Shown one piece after another: positions 17,319 to 26,894 of a stretch of 41,382 bases of DNA; the first letter of the stretch is position 1; each line of letters opens with the position of its first letter. The stretch lies in the NCBI GenBank assembly GCA_964486465.1, contig CAZAMI010000001.1, positions 1 to 41,382 of the forward strand, given 5' to 3'. The notes below the pieces were generated by a model. It saw only the letters and a program-made list of their open reading frames with translations, had not been told where the DNA came from and did not search any database. Made by a program: the position numbers and the translations under genes. Source of the stretch: an uncultured Desulfurococcaceae archaeon (GTDB lineage Archaea > Thermoproteota > Thermoprotei_A > Sulfolobales > NBVN01).

Positions 17319-17594
17319 TTAGCCTTTGTATGACTTCAATGGTAAGAGAATCTTCAAGTATTCATATGTTCCTAACCATTCATAACCTCTATCCAGAATT
17401 ACGTAATACGTTGTAGTGCCTACTGAGTACTTTGTAATTAGCCCATAAAACTCGAGTATGTTGAGAAATTTCTTACATCTATCCATGGGTATGTTCGACC
17501 TTAAGCATATTCTAGTTATCCTACTTTCACCCTCACTTATGGCCTTAAGAATTGACTCTACTATATCGTGATAACATCTATATTTTCTTCTCAT
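17319..17594 (-). CDS. Small winged-helix transcriptional regulator
   Basis: 91 aa. YHDIVESILKAISEGESRITRICLRSNIPMDRCKKFLNILEFYGLI is an archaeal wHTH pattern. Confidence 0.5.
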   Translation of the reverse strand: MRRKYRCYHDIVESILKAISEGESRITRICLRSNIPMDRCKKFLNILEFYGLITKYSVGTTTYYVILDRGYEWLGTYEYLKILLPLKSYKG

Positions 17595-17616
17595 ATGTAC
17601 AATTTGTGAGTTCTAC

Positions 17617-17623
17617 TTATATA
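17617..17623. promoter_or_regulatory. TATA-like box (TTATATA) shared by the divergent wHTH and bactofilin-like genes
   Basis: It lies about 31-37 nt upstream of TTG 17654 and about 25-30 nt from the ATG at 17594 on the other strand. Confidence 0.3.
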
Positions 17624-17653
17624 GGTATGTAGGTCATACTTCACGGTGATTAT

Positions 17654-18307
17654 TTGCAGGAAGTTGAAGAGATTAAGGTTGGTGGCTCAATAAAGTTTAA
17701 GGGGCCTTTGAAATTTAAGAGGATAGAAGCTGGTGGCTCAATAAGTATTGATGGTGATGCTGAAGGAATAGAACTCTCAATAAGTGGTTCCGGTTCAGTA
17801 AACGGTAATCTAACCTGTGAAAAAGTGCGTGTTTCAGGCTCATTTAAAGTAGGTGGTGGTATTAAATGTAAGGAGTTAGAAGCTTCAGGATCCATTCATG
17901 TAGGGAGTAACGTTAATTGTGATAACATAGATATTTCAGGTAGTTTTAAAGCAGAGAGCATAAAAGGTATTAAGATCGAAGTGCATGGAGCATTAAAATG
18001 TGAAGAACTCCATGCTAGTGAAGTACGTATAGGTAGGAAATCAAAGGTACTATGTAATATCATTGGTCAGAAAGTATTCATAGGTAGGAAAGCCGAAGTT
18101 AGAAGTATAGTTGGCGATGATGTCCACATAGATAGGGGAGCTTACGTAGAGTATGTTGAGGCAGTGAAAGTTAAAGTAGAGAGAGATGCTGAGATTAGAG
18201 AACTGAGATATGTTGAAGAAGCTGATATAAGCAAAAATGCTGAAGTAGATAGATTAATAAAAATTGATAGGTTATCTAAGTACATTAGTAAAGATGAGGA
18301 GACGTAG
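17654..18307 (+). CDS. Bactofilin-like (polymer-forming cytoskeletal, beta-helical repeat) protein
   Basis: Six consecutive ~17-aa repeats of the form (S/G)GSxx(V/I)xGxxxCxxxxx: GGSISIDGDAEGIELSI / SGSGSVNGNLTCEKVRV / SGSFKVGGGIKCKELEA / SGSIHVGSNVNCDNIDI ... These are followed by a.v.G.i-type turns (KVFIGRKAEVRSIVGDDVHIDRGAYV). TTG start. Confidence 0.5.
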   Translation: MQEVEEIKVGGSIKFKGPLKFKRIEAGGSISIDGDAEGIELSISGSGSVNGNLTCEKVRVSGSFKVGGGIKCKELEASGSIHVGSNVNCDNIDISGSFKAESIKGIKIEVHGALKCEELHASEVRIGRKSKVLCNIIGQKVFIGRKAEVRSIVGDDVHIDRGAYVEYVEAVKVKVERDAEIRELRYVEEADISKNAEVDRLIKIDRLSKYISKDEET

Positions 18308-18318
18308 GGTAAGCTATA

Positions 18319-19092
18319 ATGCTTAAGAAGAAAGAAGCAGCTCTAATGGTGCTTCTGGTTTTAACGTTAGCGTTGGTGTATATGTACATAGGCTACTTAA
18401 TAGGTACGGGATACACGTTAGAGGTCAGATTCTTCATAAGTTCAAGACCCTTTAAGTTATCAATAAGTAATTTCTCATCACCAGATATTCATCCGGCAAT
18501 GCTTGTCTCAGGTCTCGCATACGATAAAATTAAAATCAACACTTCAAATGTTATGAGATTCTATGCTCCACCTCATGTTGAGGGCAATGTTACTTGCAGG
18601 TTGATAGCTGGTAAGAATTACTATGAATGTAAAGGGGAAGGTTACGTTTATGTGTTCAGGGGTAGAGAGTTAGAGATAGTGGTTGATAATAATGTTTCTA
18701 GGTATTATTATGGAGGCCCTACTTTAGGTACTTCAGGTACTTACGTGATACTCTATGGTTACGGATTCGCTGATGCGGTCTCAAAATACTTTGTACCCTT
18801 ATTTTCGGCAGTAGCGGCTTATTCATTGTTAAAGTACTTGCCAAGAGTAACCAAGAAAGAGTATTTAAGAGTTACCTATGTATCAGTAGTATTAATTGCT
18901 ATAGCAATGATGTATATAGGTTTAATAGAGGGATTCAATGAAATTCCTTCAGAGATAGCTATCTTAAAGACATATTTACTAAATATCTACTTGATATCAT
19001 GCTTATTCCTATGTACCGTATTCGCAGTGTTGTACATAATAATTAATGTATTGCTACCTAAGCGTTCATCCCAGGCTTCATTTATGCATTAA
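18319..19092 (+). CDS. Hypothetical membrane protein (N-terminal TM, ~130-aa beta-rich external domain, 3 C-terminal TMs)
   Basis: 257-aa ORF starting 11 nt after the bactofilin-like gene, so probably co-transcribed. I recognise no family. Confidence 0.5.
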   Translation: MLKKKEAALMVLLVLTLALVYMYIGYLIGTGYTLEVRFFISSRPFKLSISNFSSPDIHPAMLVSGLAYDKIKINTSNVMRFYAPPHVEGNVTCRLIAGKNYYECKGEGYVYVFRGRELEIVVDNNVSRYYYGGPTLGTSGTYVILYGYGFADAVSKYFVPLFSAVAAYSLLKYLPRVTKKEYLRVTYVSVVLIAIAMMYIGLIEGFNEIPSEIAILKTYLLNIYLISCLFLCTVFAVLYIIINVLLPKRSSQASFMH

Positions 19093-20187
19093 TGTATATG
19101 AATCCTTCAGTATATCATAACATAACATTAATTCTGATGGTGGTCTTAACCTAGCAAAATTCATTGCCGATAACTTAAGACATGCCTTACCGAGGTAAGT
19201 CTGAGCTTCAAGCAATAATATCGTGTCATACATATTAAAGAGCTCTGGATGTTCATTATACGTATTTTTATGGTAATTATAGAATGCTGTTATTCCTAAT
19301 TTCTTTCTTAGCCATATGTTATTTACATGCTCCTTAGCAACATCAATAAATTTAGCAGGTATTAACTCGAAGGAATCGGCAACAAGGAATTCCTCCTTAA
19401 GCTTTAGATCCATAGCTCTGTTCTCTGAGGATATCGTGAATAAGTCCTTTGATGTAAGGCTATGAGACATTATGTGTTTAGTGTAGCTCTTAGGTTTAGT
19501 CCTTATATCTTCACTGAGGAGTACATTCTCAAGTACATAACACTTACTTAGAAGTATGTCCACCTCATTAGGTGATAAGGTATAAGCTCGAACAAGTAGC
19601 CTACCTCCATACTTCATGGCTAGTGATTTAGCTAAACATAAACTAAATATGAAGCCTATCTTAGGCATATTAGATACCACGGCTATTTGAGCACCCCTCC
19701 TTATACCGCCTCCTAACAAGCCATTTATTCTGTCGTTGTCAAATATGTAAAGCTCTTCACTTAACGGAGGAATTTCCTCTATATGAATTGGCATGTGAAG
19801 TCTAATTATTTCACTGGGTGTTATATCAAACGTTAGGTATTCCTGCGGTACTATACTTATCCCCCTAAACTTGACTATCTTTAACTTCCTAATCATGAAG
19901 TCTTGATACTCCATAGCATCTAAATGGATTATGCCATCAATTAATGATAAATCGATTAAGTCCTTAACTTCAATAGGATCTTTGCAATTAGCGGTGAGGA
20001 TTATTATAGAATCCTTCTTTTTAACTAAGTTGATTAACAATATTCTTAACAACTCTCTAATACTTCTTTCACTCCTTAATGATCTCAAAGATGTTATTGA
20101 ATCAATAATTACTCTAATATATTTGAACCTGATCAAGATATCATTAATTCTATTCACTACCTCATCAACATTACGATATTCAAGCAT
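19078..20187 (-). CDS. KaiC/RecA-superfamily ATPase, downstream fragment (Walker B onward plus a degenerate second domain)
   Basis: RVIIDSITSL (Walker B-like), IIILTANC, KLKIVKFRGISIVPQEYLTFDIT. A second KaiC-like domain has lost the P-loop (AVVSNMPKIGF). Confidence 0.65.
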   Translation of the reverse strand: MLEYRNVDEVVNRINDILIRFKYIRVIIDSITSLRSLRSERSIRELLRILLINLVKKKDSIIILTANCKDPIEVKDLIDLSLIDGIIHLDAMEYQDFMIRKLKIVKFRGISIVPQEYLTFDITPSEIIRLHMPIHIEEIPPLSEELYIFDNDRINGLLGGGIRRGAQIAVVSNMPKIGFIFSLCLAKSLAMKYGGRLLVRAYTLSPNEVDILLSKCYVLENVLLSEDIRTKPKSYTKHIMSHSLTSKDLFTISSENRAMDLKLKEEFLVADSFELIPAKFIDVAKEHVNNIWLRKKLGITAFYNYHKNTYNEHPELFNMYDTILLLEAQTYLGKACLKLSAMNFARLRPPSELMLCYDILKDSYTLMHK

Positions 20188-20201
20188 TTCTTCATAGTGT
20201 A

Positions 20202-20465
20202 TTAGCCTTTTTTCTCGAGATCATAAAAGTTCATACCTAAGTTCTTCATATATTCGTAAAATCTCTCTTTGACTTCAGTAAGACTTATATAGACGCCTTT
20301 CTCCCCATACCTTAATGCTCCTTCATATAGGATTTTAGCAGCAAATATTGTTTTACCGCTTCCTGATTCCCCAGTCACAAGTATTACATATCCTTCAGGT
20401 ACGCCTCCACCTATGATTTTGTCTAATTCATTAATCCCCAAACATCTTCTCTTAGATATCCTCAT
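20202..20465 (-). CDS. KaiC/RecA-superfamily ATPase, upstream fragment (Walker A)
   Basis: LGINELDKIIGGGVPEGYVILVTGESGSGKTIFA. The fragment ends ...DLEKKG* at an A6 run. Confidence 0.7.
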   Translation of the reverse strand: MRISKRRCLGINELDKIIGGGVPEGYVILVTGESGSGKTIFAAKILYEGALRYGEKGVYISLTEVKERFYEYMKNLGMNFYDLEKKG

Positions 20466-20564
20466 ACTACTCTCATTGATTTCTTTAAGTATATTTCTTA
20501 AATCTTTCTGAATTTAACATCTTAGAAAGGGCTGTGGTTAAAAATTCTTTAATCAGGGTTAATG

Positions 20565-21002
20565 CTACTTTGACTTCATTTTCTCAATTGTGAGACTTAT
20601 CGGTGTGTTGCTTGCTAAGGTATCGCCTACAGGGCAGTGTTCTTCGACGTACTTAAAGAATTTCCTTAGTTCATTAATATCGTTAGGTGAATCAACTATA
20701 ACTCTGGCCTCTACTCTATGCATACCTGCCTTTACATCCTTACCCTCAAATCCTGCAGTATCATACTCTGCCTCCACAATAACCTTTAATGACCTTATCT
20801 CTATACCAAAGTTCTTGACATGATACCTAGCTACTATACCTATACATCCAATAAGTGAGGCAAGCATTAAGTCCACAGGTGTAGGACCTAAATTTTTACC
20901 GAGTGGTGGAGGGAGATCCATAATTATCTTATGACCTTTTGCCTTAGCTTCAACAACGTATCCTTCCCGAAGTTCGCCATCAACCCTAGCACGCTTAAGC
21001 AT
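20565..21002 (-). CDS. osmC: OsmC/Ohr-family peroxiredoxin-like protein
   Basis: GPTPVDLMLASLIGCIG and EEHCPVGDTL carry the two conserved Cys. I start at the internal ATG 21002-21000; the track ORF extends to 21059. Confidence 0.7.
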   Translation of the reverse strand: MLKRARVDGELREGYVVEAKAKGHKIIMDLPPPLGKNLGPTPVDLMLASLIGCIGIVARYHVKNFGIEIRSLKVIVEAEYDTAGFEGKDVKAGMHRVEARVIVDSPNDINELRKFFKYVEEHCPVGDTLASNTPISLTIEKMKSK

Positions 21003-21091
21003 GTTTAGATCCGTGTAAATATCATTGACTAAGTATAAAATACCTAATCGCCTTCTCATCCTCCTTACTCAGCTCTAATTAGGTAGTTAAA

Positions 21092-21700
21092 TCATAGCAA
21101 TGTTGATACGTGATTACAGATTTCTTTGGTAATCTTATCCTTCAATCTGTTAACGTTATTCATTACGTAGTTCCTTAGATTATTACCCTTACCATCTATC
21201 GTTACGATTAAAGGTCCTAATTCCTTAACTTTTAGGACCCATAATGCCTCAGGTACTCCTAGCTCTAACCAGTAAACACCTATTACTTCCTTGATGCTCA
21301 GTGAAGTTATTGCTCCACAACCACCTGGGTATAGAGCGACTATAGCTTTAAAGTCTTTACAAGCTTTTGCAGTCTTATCTCCCATGAATCCTTTACCAAT
21401 TATTAACTTAACTCCCGTTCTCTTTATGAATTCATACTCGTAAGGCTCCATCCTATAGCTTGTTGTTGGGCCTATTGAAGTTATAAACCACTCATTATTA
21501 TACTTCCTAACTATCGGACCAGCATGAAAGATCGCTAATCCATTAAGGTTAATAGGGCATTCCTTACCTTCCTCAACTATTAATTTATGTGCTAAATCTC
21601 TAGCTGTAACAACTATACCGTCTAAGAACAGTACGTCACCGATAGATATTTCAGCAATTGCGTCATCACTTATGGGAGTTTTTAACCTAAACACCCTCAA
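21092..21700 (-). CDS. Class I (Fe-S) fumarate/tartrate hydro-lyase, beta subunit
   Basis: GPTTSYRMEPY motif. Length is 202 aa. It overlaps the stop of the alpha subunit gene. Confidence 0.8.
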   Translation of the reverse strand: MRVFRLKTPISDDAIAEISIGDVLFLDGIVVTARDLAHKLIVEEGKECPINLNGLAIFHAGPIVRKYNNEWFITSIGPTTSYRMEPYEYEFIKRTGVKLIIGKGFMGDKTAKACKDFKAIVALYPGGCGAITSLSIKEVIGVYWLELGVPEALWVLKVKELGPLIVTIDGKGNNLRNYVMNNVNRLKDKITKEICNHVSTLL

Positions 21701-22574
21701 GTTTCACACCATGAGTTTTCACATAAGCTTTACCATTGGGATAGAGTACTAACGTACCTCTCCTAAGAGCCCAACAACTTAATGATACAGCTATAGCAAA
21801 TGTTGCTGGATGCCTAAATCCATACTCTATATGTACATCAAGAACAAACGTCTTACCGGTGAGACCCTGAGGCCCTATACCTAAGCTATTTAATTTACTA
21901 AGTAATAAACGCTCAAGTTCAGCCACTTTAGGGTTTGAGTTCCTTACACCTATCGGTCTTAATAATGCCTTCTTAGATAAAGTAGATGCCACTTCTAGTG
22001 TCGCACCGATACCTACTCCAACAATTAATGGAGGACATGCATTGAGCCCGTAGGTACCAACAGTATCAAGTACTAACCTAACTAATTCATAAAGTCCCCT
22101 AATCGGTGGCACTACTAATGCTCTCGCAGGTAAACTACTTCCACCACCAGCTACGTAGAGAGTTATCTCGGTAACATTATCGTTACCTAGATCCCATTCA
22201 ATCCACGGTACGTACCTACCCGTATTATCGCCTGTATTGATGTTTGTAAAGGGATCAATGGAATTGGGTCTTAATATTCCTTCCCTACTTAACTCCCTAA
22301 CGGCTTCTATGATTACTTCCTTGAGATCTCCAATATGCGGAGATTTAATATTGGTTTTAATAAAGAACATCAAAATTCCCGTATCCTGGCAGAGAGGTCT
22401 ATGAGTTCTTGAGGCGAAGTACACATTTTTAAGCATGTAATCACATACGTATTTAGCAACACTTTCTTCATTCTCACAAACTTTCTCTAGAGCATTCATT
22501 ACATCACTAGGTAAAGATGTTACAACTATCTTTATGAACTCCTTCATGACGTTTAATAAATTTATGGATATCAC
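21687..22574 (-). CDS. Class I (Fe-S) fumarate/tartrate hydro-lyase, alpha subunit
   Basis: PLCQDTGILMFF motif. Length is 295 aa. Confidence 0.8.
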   Translation of the reverse strand: MISINLLNVMKEFIKIVVTSLPSDVMNALEKVCENEESVAKYVCDYMLKNVYFASRTHRPLCQDTGILMFFIKTNIKSPHIGDLKEVIIEAVRELSREGILRPNSIDPFTNINTGDNTGRYVPWIEWDLGNDNVTEITLYVAGGGSSLPARALVVPPIRGLYELVRLVLDTVGTYGLNACPPLIVGVGIGATLEVASTLSKKALLRPIGVRNSNPKVAELERLLLSKLNSLGIGPQGLTGKTFVLDVHIEYGFRHPATFAIAVSLSCWALRRGTLVLYPNGKAYVKTHGVKLEGV

Positions 22575-23206
22575 CTCTTAATAAAGTCCGTTAATGATTT
22601 TTGCTTCCTTTTACTCTCTTCATAAACTTTATCGGCAGCCTTGATTTTTGTTATTATGTTCTCAGGAGGTTTGGGTTCCTTACCCTCAATTACGTCCATA
22701 AGGAGAGTATCCCTTACTGGTTCATAAACTAATTTGTAAAATCTTCTAGGATCACTTAAAACCCATTTAGGGTACTGTTTTACGTAATTGATCGCTATTT
22801 CCCATAACTTATTCTCATCAATGAACCTTCTTAACTTCATTGTTACCTGGTAGTCAAAGTCTTTAGGTTGCTGTTCCCTGTCACCTATCTTGTAGTACCC
22901 CCTAGGACCTACCTGAACACACTCACCAAGTATCTCTTCATAACCTTCGGGGCATTTTATTTTCTTGACTTCATCCTTAATACCCCTCCTAAGTAATTCT
23001 TCGAATTTGGCCCTATACCACCCCTCCTTTGCTGGTCCATAGTGCTTAGCCCAAGCATAGAATATAGCTCTATTAATTCCGAATGACTTGGCTTTATTCA
23101 TATCACCCATTAAAACATAATATCTAGCAGCCTGTAATAATGCCATGACTTGAAACCTACCGACTCCGTATATCTTTAATTTATTCTCGCTCAATCTCTC
23201 CACCAA
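22571..23206 (-). CDS. Hypothetical protein (211 aa), translationally coupled to the hydro-lyase alpha subunit
   Basis: Long ORF with coding-like composition. Its stop overlaps the downstream start by 4 nt. I recognise no family with confidence. Confidence 0.55.
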   Translation of the reverse strand: MVERLSENKLKIYGVGRFQVMALLQAARYYVLMGDMNKAKSFGINRAIFYAWAKHYGPAKEGWYRAKFEELLRRGIKDEVKKIKCPEGYEEILGECVQVGPRGYYKIGDREQQPKDFDYQVTMKLRRFIDENKLWEIAINYVKQYPKWVLSDPRRFYKLVYEPVRDTLLMDVIEGKEPKPPENIITKIKAADKVYEESKRKQKSLTDFIKR

Positions 23207-23304
23207 TAGCCATATAACCTACAAGGATCTAAAGCGCTATCTAGAGTCCAACTAAGCATTAAAACTTAATAGTTACATGTGTATACTATTACGTTACAAA
23301 TTCT

Positions 23305-23316
23305 AAAGTTTAAATA
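23305..23316 (+). promoter_or_regulatory. TATA box (AAAGTTTAAATA) for the S13 ribosomal operon
   Basis: AT-rich BRE/TATA-like element about 30-40 nt upstream of the GTG start at 23346. Confidence 0.4.
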
Positions 23317-23345
23317 CTCTGTGAAGTAAGGTTGGTAGGTACGAG

Positions 23346-23807
23346 GTGGCTAAGATCGTGAGTGCTCAGGGATTTAGACATATAGTTAGAATAGCGGGTG
23401 TGGATGTAGAGGGAGACCTACTCTTACCTTATGGTTTAGCTAAGATTAAAGGTATAGGATATAACTTCGCCCTAGCACTCATTAGAGTCCTTGGTTATGA
23501 TCCTAGACTACGCGTAGGTTTCCTTACGGATGAGGATGTGAAGAGAATCGAGGATGCCATTAATAATCCATCGAAATATGGGATACCAATATGGTATTTT
23601 AACAGGAGAAAAGACTATGTAACAGGTGAGGATAAGCACTTGATAGGTGCTGACTTAATATTTGCAGCAAGACAGGATATTGAACGTGAAATTAAGATTA
23701 AGTCATGGAGGGGTATAAGGCACGCCTTAGGACTTAAGGTTAGGGGTCAGAGAACTCATACAACTGGTAGGATTGGGCCTACGGTAGGTGTTAGTAAGAG
23801 GAGGTGA
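23346..23807 (+). CDS. rps13: 30S ribosomal protein S13 (uS13)
   Basis: [14 protein letters not shown]...[10 protein letters not shown]...[10 protein letters not shown]. Confidence 0.9.
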   Translation: MAKIVSAQGFRHIVRIAGVDVEGDLLLPYGLAKIKGIGYNFALALIRVLGYDPRLRVGFLTDEDVKRIEDAINNPSKYGIPIWYFNRRKDYVTGEDKHLIGADLIFAARQDIEREIKIKSWRGIRHALGLKVRGQRTHTTGRIGPTVGVSKRR

Positions 23808-23812
23808 TAATT

Positions 23813-24376
23813 ATGGGCGATCCTAAGAAGCCTAGGAAGAAATGGGAACGTCCGGGACATCCATGGATTAAGCAAAGACTCATTGAGGAAATGGAACTTG
23901 TGGGAGCCTACGGTCTTAGAAATAAAAGGGAGTTATGGAAGGCTCAAACATTACTTAGAAGGATTAGGCAGAGAGCTAAGGCTTTACTATCATTGCCACC
24001 AGAGATCAGGAAAATGCGGGAGAGGGAGTTAATTAGGAAGTTGTATAGAATGGGTTTATTAGAAAGTGAAAGTGCGACATTAGATGAGGTACTTGGACTT
24101 AATGTATCATCAATACTGGAACGTAGATTACAGACCATTGTTTACAGGAAGGGCTTAGCTAAGACAATACATCAAGCTAGGCAATTAATAGTTCATGGCC
24201 ACATAGCTATAGGGGGTAGGAGAGTTAAATCTCCAGGTTATATAGTATCGAGAGATGAGGAGGATTTAATAGATTATGCGCCGAAATCTCCCTTTAGGGA
24301 TGAACGTAAGAGAGCCTTACTACTTGGTATGCAGCAGGTGCAACAACAAACCCCATCTTCGGGAGGTGGTAGGTAA
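23813..24376 (+). CDS. rps4: 30S ribosomal protein S4 (uS4)
   Basis: [18 protein letters not shown] is the canonical archaeal S4 N-terminus. ATG at 23813; the track ORF begins at GTG 23804. Confidence 0.9.
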   Translation: MGDPKKPRKKWERPGHPWIKQRLIEEMELVGAYGLRNKRELWKAQTLLRRIRQRAKALLSLPPEIRKMRERELIRKLYRMGLLESESATLDEVLGLNVSSILERRLQTIVYRKGLAKTIHQARQLIVHGHIAIGGRRVKSPGYIVSRDEEDLIDYAPKSPFRDERKRALLLGMQQVQQQTPSSGGGR

Positions 24377-24777
24377 TGGCTTATACAGCTCGAGAACTTA
24401 AGTGGGGTGTAGCCCATATATTCTCTTCATTTAATAATACGATAGTTCATATAACTGACCTAAGTGGTGCCGAGACTGTATCTAGATGGTCTGGAGGTAT
24501 GGTTGTTAGGGCTGATAGAGAGAAACCATCACCTTATGTAGCTATGATGATAGCGTATAGAGCTGCCCAGGAAGCCATGGAGAAAGGAATTATGGCCATA
24601 CATATAAAGGTTAGGGGTCCCGGAGGACATGGACCTAAGATTCCTGGTCCAGGTGCTCAAGCCGCTATTAGGGCGTTAGCAAGGGCAGGTTTCATTATAG
24701 GCAGGATAGAGGATGTGACGCCAATACCTCATGATACAACAAGACGTCCTGGAGGCAGACGTGGTAGGAGAGTGTAG
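24376..24777 (+). CDS. rps11: 30S ribosomal protein S11 (uS11)
   Basis: [19 protein letters not shown]...[23 protein letters not shown]. Confidence 0.9.
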   Translation: MAYTARELKWGVAHIFSSFNNTIVHITDLSGAETVSRWSGGMVVRADREKPSPYVAMMIAYRAAQEAMEKGIMAIHIKVRGPGGHGPKIPGPGAQAAIRALARAGFIIGRIEDVTPIPHDTTRRPGGRRGRRV

Positions 24778-24792
24778 TCAGGGTGGATTAAC

Positions 24793-25644
24793 TTGCTTAG
24801 TAAGACCAGTAACATCGAGGTTAACGTTGTTGAGAAAAATGATAAGCTTGTTAAACTACTATTAAAAAATGTGCCATTAGCCATAGTTAATGCTATACGA
24901 AGGGCAGCTCTTGAAGAAGTACCTACTATGGCTATAGATTATGTGATATTTAGAACTAATACTACGGTTTTACATGATGAGATAATAGCACATCGCTTAG
25001 CTATGATACCATTAAATTCAGAAGAGGCGTTAAGGAAGTATAGAGCACCTGAGGAATGCTCTGATGGAGAGGAAGCACTCTATAGGGAAGAATGTTACGC
25101 AACACTTTACTTAGAGGCTGAGACAGGAGATAATGAAGTAAAGACAGTATATTCTAAGGATTTGAAGCCCATCGATGATCCCTATGTAAAGCCTGTCTAT
25201 GATAGCATTCCAATAATAATTATGGGGCCTAATCAAAGAATTGCCTTGGAAGCTAAAGCAAGATTAGGTAGGGGTAGGGAACATATAAAGTGGTCTCCAG
25301 CAACGATATCAGTATCAACTTACGTACCTAAGATAGTGATTGATAGGAGAAGATGTACAAATTGTGGTGAGTGCACTAAAGTATGCCCTAAGGGAGCATT
25401 AAAAATTGAGGAAGGTAAGCTAATAGCTAATGAGAAATTATGTATACTCTGCAGGCAATGCATTAAAGCATGTCCTTACGATGCATTATCTCTTGAATGG
25501 TATAATGACATGTATTACTTAATGATAGAGTCATCGGGAGCTTTAAAACCAGAGACAATAGTTATTGAGTCAGTGAAGGAGGTAATTAAGAAGATAGATG
25601 AACTCTTAAGTAGACTTGAAGAATTAAGGAGGAGTAAGAGGTGA
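24793..25644 (+). CDS. rpoD: DNA-directed RNA polymerase subunit D (Rpo3) with a ferredoxin-like insert
   Basis: [18 protein letters not shown] and HRLAMIPL, plus [12 protein letters not shown] and [12 protein letters not shown]. Confidence 0.9.
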   Translation: MLSKTSNIEVNVVEKNDKLVKLLLKNVPLAIVNAIRRAALEEVPTMAIDYVIFRTNTTVLHDEIIAHRLAMIPLNSEEALRKYRAPEECSDGEEALYREECYATLYLEAETGDNEVKTVYSKDLKPIDDPYVKPVYDSIPIIIMGPNQRIALEAKARLGRGREHIKWSPATISVSTYVPKIVIDRRRCTNCGECTKVCPKGALKIEEGKLIANEKLCILCRQCIKACPYDALSLEWYNDMYYLMIESSGALKPETIVIESVKEVIKKIDELLSRLEELRRSKR

Positions 25645-26012
25645 GTAGCGTGAGGAGGACTGGACCGACTAATATAGTTATTAGGAAATTGGTAAGGGAG
25701 CTAAGAAAATATGCAAATAAATATAAAGCACCCATATGGGATTATGTTGCTGAACTACTTGAGAGACCTAGTAGGAGGAGAGTCGCCGTAAATGTGAGTA
25801 AAATAAATAGGTACGCTAAGGATAACGAAGTAGTCGTCGTACCTGGTAAGGTGTTAGGGGCTGGCATACTCACGAAGAAAGTGACTGTAGCTGCAATAGC
25901 CTTTTCTGAGTCAGCATTAAGGAAGATAGTTAATGCTGGTGGTAGGGTATTATTTATAGGTGACTTAATTAAGGAGAATCCCAGAGGTAGTGGGGTGAGG
26001 ATAATAATATGA
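25641..26012 (+). CDS. rpl18e: 50S ribosomal protein L18e (eL18)
   Basis: [19 protein letters not shown]... Position between rpoD and rpl13. Length is 123 aa. Confidence 0.85.
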   Translation: MSSVRRTGPTNIVIRKLVRELRKYANKYKAPIWDYVAELLERPSRRRVAVNVSKINRYAKDNEVVVVPGKVLGAGILTKKVTVAAIAFSESALRKIVNAGGRVLFIGDLIKENPRGSGVRIII

Positions 26013-26488
26013 GCTCTAAAAGTAAACCTACTTTAGATAGGGTAATAGTGATCGATGCTGAGGGTGCTATACTTGGTAGGTTAGCTAGCTATGTAGCTAA
26101 ATTACTTCAGGAAGGATTTAAGGTACATGTAGTTAACGCGGAAAAAGCCGTACTCAGTGGTGACCCATTGATGGTTATTAGGTCTTATCAGATCTGGCTA
26201 AAAATAAGAACCTTGAAGAATCCTCAAAAGCATGCCCCAAGACGTCCACGATCACCTGAAATGATAATTAAAAAAGCTGTTAAAGGAATGCTACCTAAGG
26301 ATAACTGGAAGGGGTTCATTGCATTAAGGAATCTTAAGGTTCATGTCGGAGTTCCTAAGGAGTTGGTGAATAGGGAGAGGATTAAGATCACCGATACTGA
26401 CGCTTCAAGACTTACTAAAAAATTCATTACTGTAGCTGAGGTAGCTAAAGCTATGGGGTGGAAGGGGTATGAGTACCTCTCAAAGTAG
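26009..26488 (+). CDS. rpl13: 50S ribosomal protein L13 (uL13)
   Basis: [20 protein letters not shown]. Confidence 0.9.
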   Translation: MSSKSKPTLDRVIVIDAEGAILGRLASYVAKLLQEGFKVHVVNAEKAVLSGDPLMVIRSYQIWLKIRTLKNPQKHAPRRPRSPEMIIKKAVKGMLPKDNWKGFIALRNLKVHVGVPKELVNRERIKITDTDASRLTKKFITVAEVAKAMGWKGYEYLSK

Positions 26489-26888
26489 TAGAATAGTTAT
26501 TGCTACAGGCAAGAGAAAGACAGCCATTGCTAGAGCAATAATCAGACTCGGTAAGGGTAGAGTATGGATTAATGGTATTCCACTAGAGATATACCCAATA
26601 GAGATGGCAAGGTTAAAGATGATGGAACCTTTATTACTTGCAGGTGAGAAAATATGGAAGTCCGTAGACATTAAGGTAAACGTAAAGGGAGGTGGTGTGA
26701 TGGCTCAAGCAGATGCTGTTAGAACAGCTATAGCACGAGGTTTAGCAGCTTACACTGGTAGTGAATTATTAAAAAAGATATACAAGGAATACAGTAGACC
26801 CATGCTAGCAGGAGACCCTAGGCAGACTGAGCCTGAGAAGTGGATGAGGTATAGTGCTAGAAGATGGAGGCAGAAGTCCTATAGGTGA
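26469..26888 (+). CDS. rps9: 30S ribosomal protein S9 (uS9)
   Basis: ATGKRKTAIARA...GGGVMAQADAVRTAIARGL...RQKSYR. Confidence 0.9.
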   Translation: MSTSQSSRIVIATGKRKTAIARAIIRLGKGRVWINGIPLEIYPIEMARLKMMEPLLLAGEKIWKSVDIKVNVKGGGVMAQADAVRTAIARGLAAYTGSELLKKIYKEYSRPMLAGDPRQTEPEKWMRYSARRWRQKSYR

Positions 26889-26894
26889 TTAATC

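Noticed and set aside
17650-17895. 81-aa minus-strand ORF opposite the bactofilin-like gene
   Set aside because: It is a by-product of the 51-nt repeat periodicity of the sense strand. It has a repetitive EP/PP composition and no start context.
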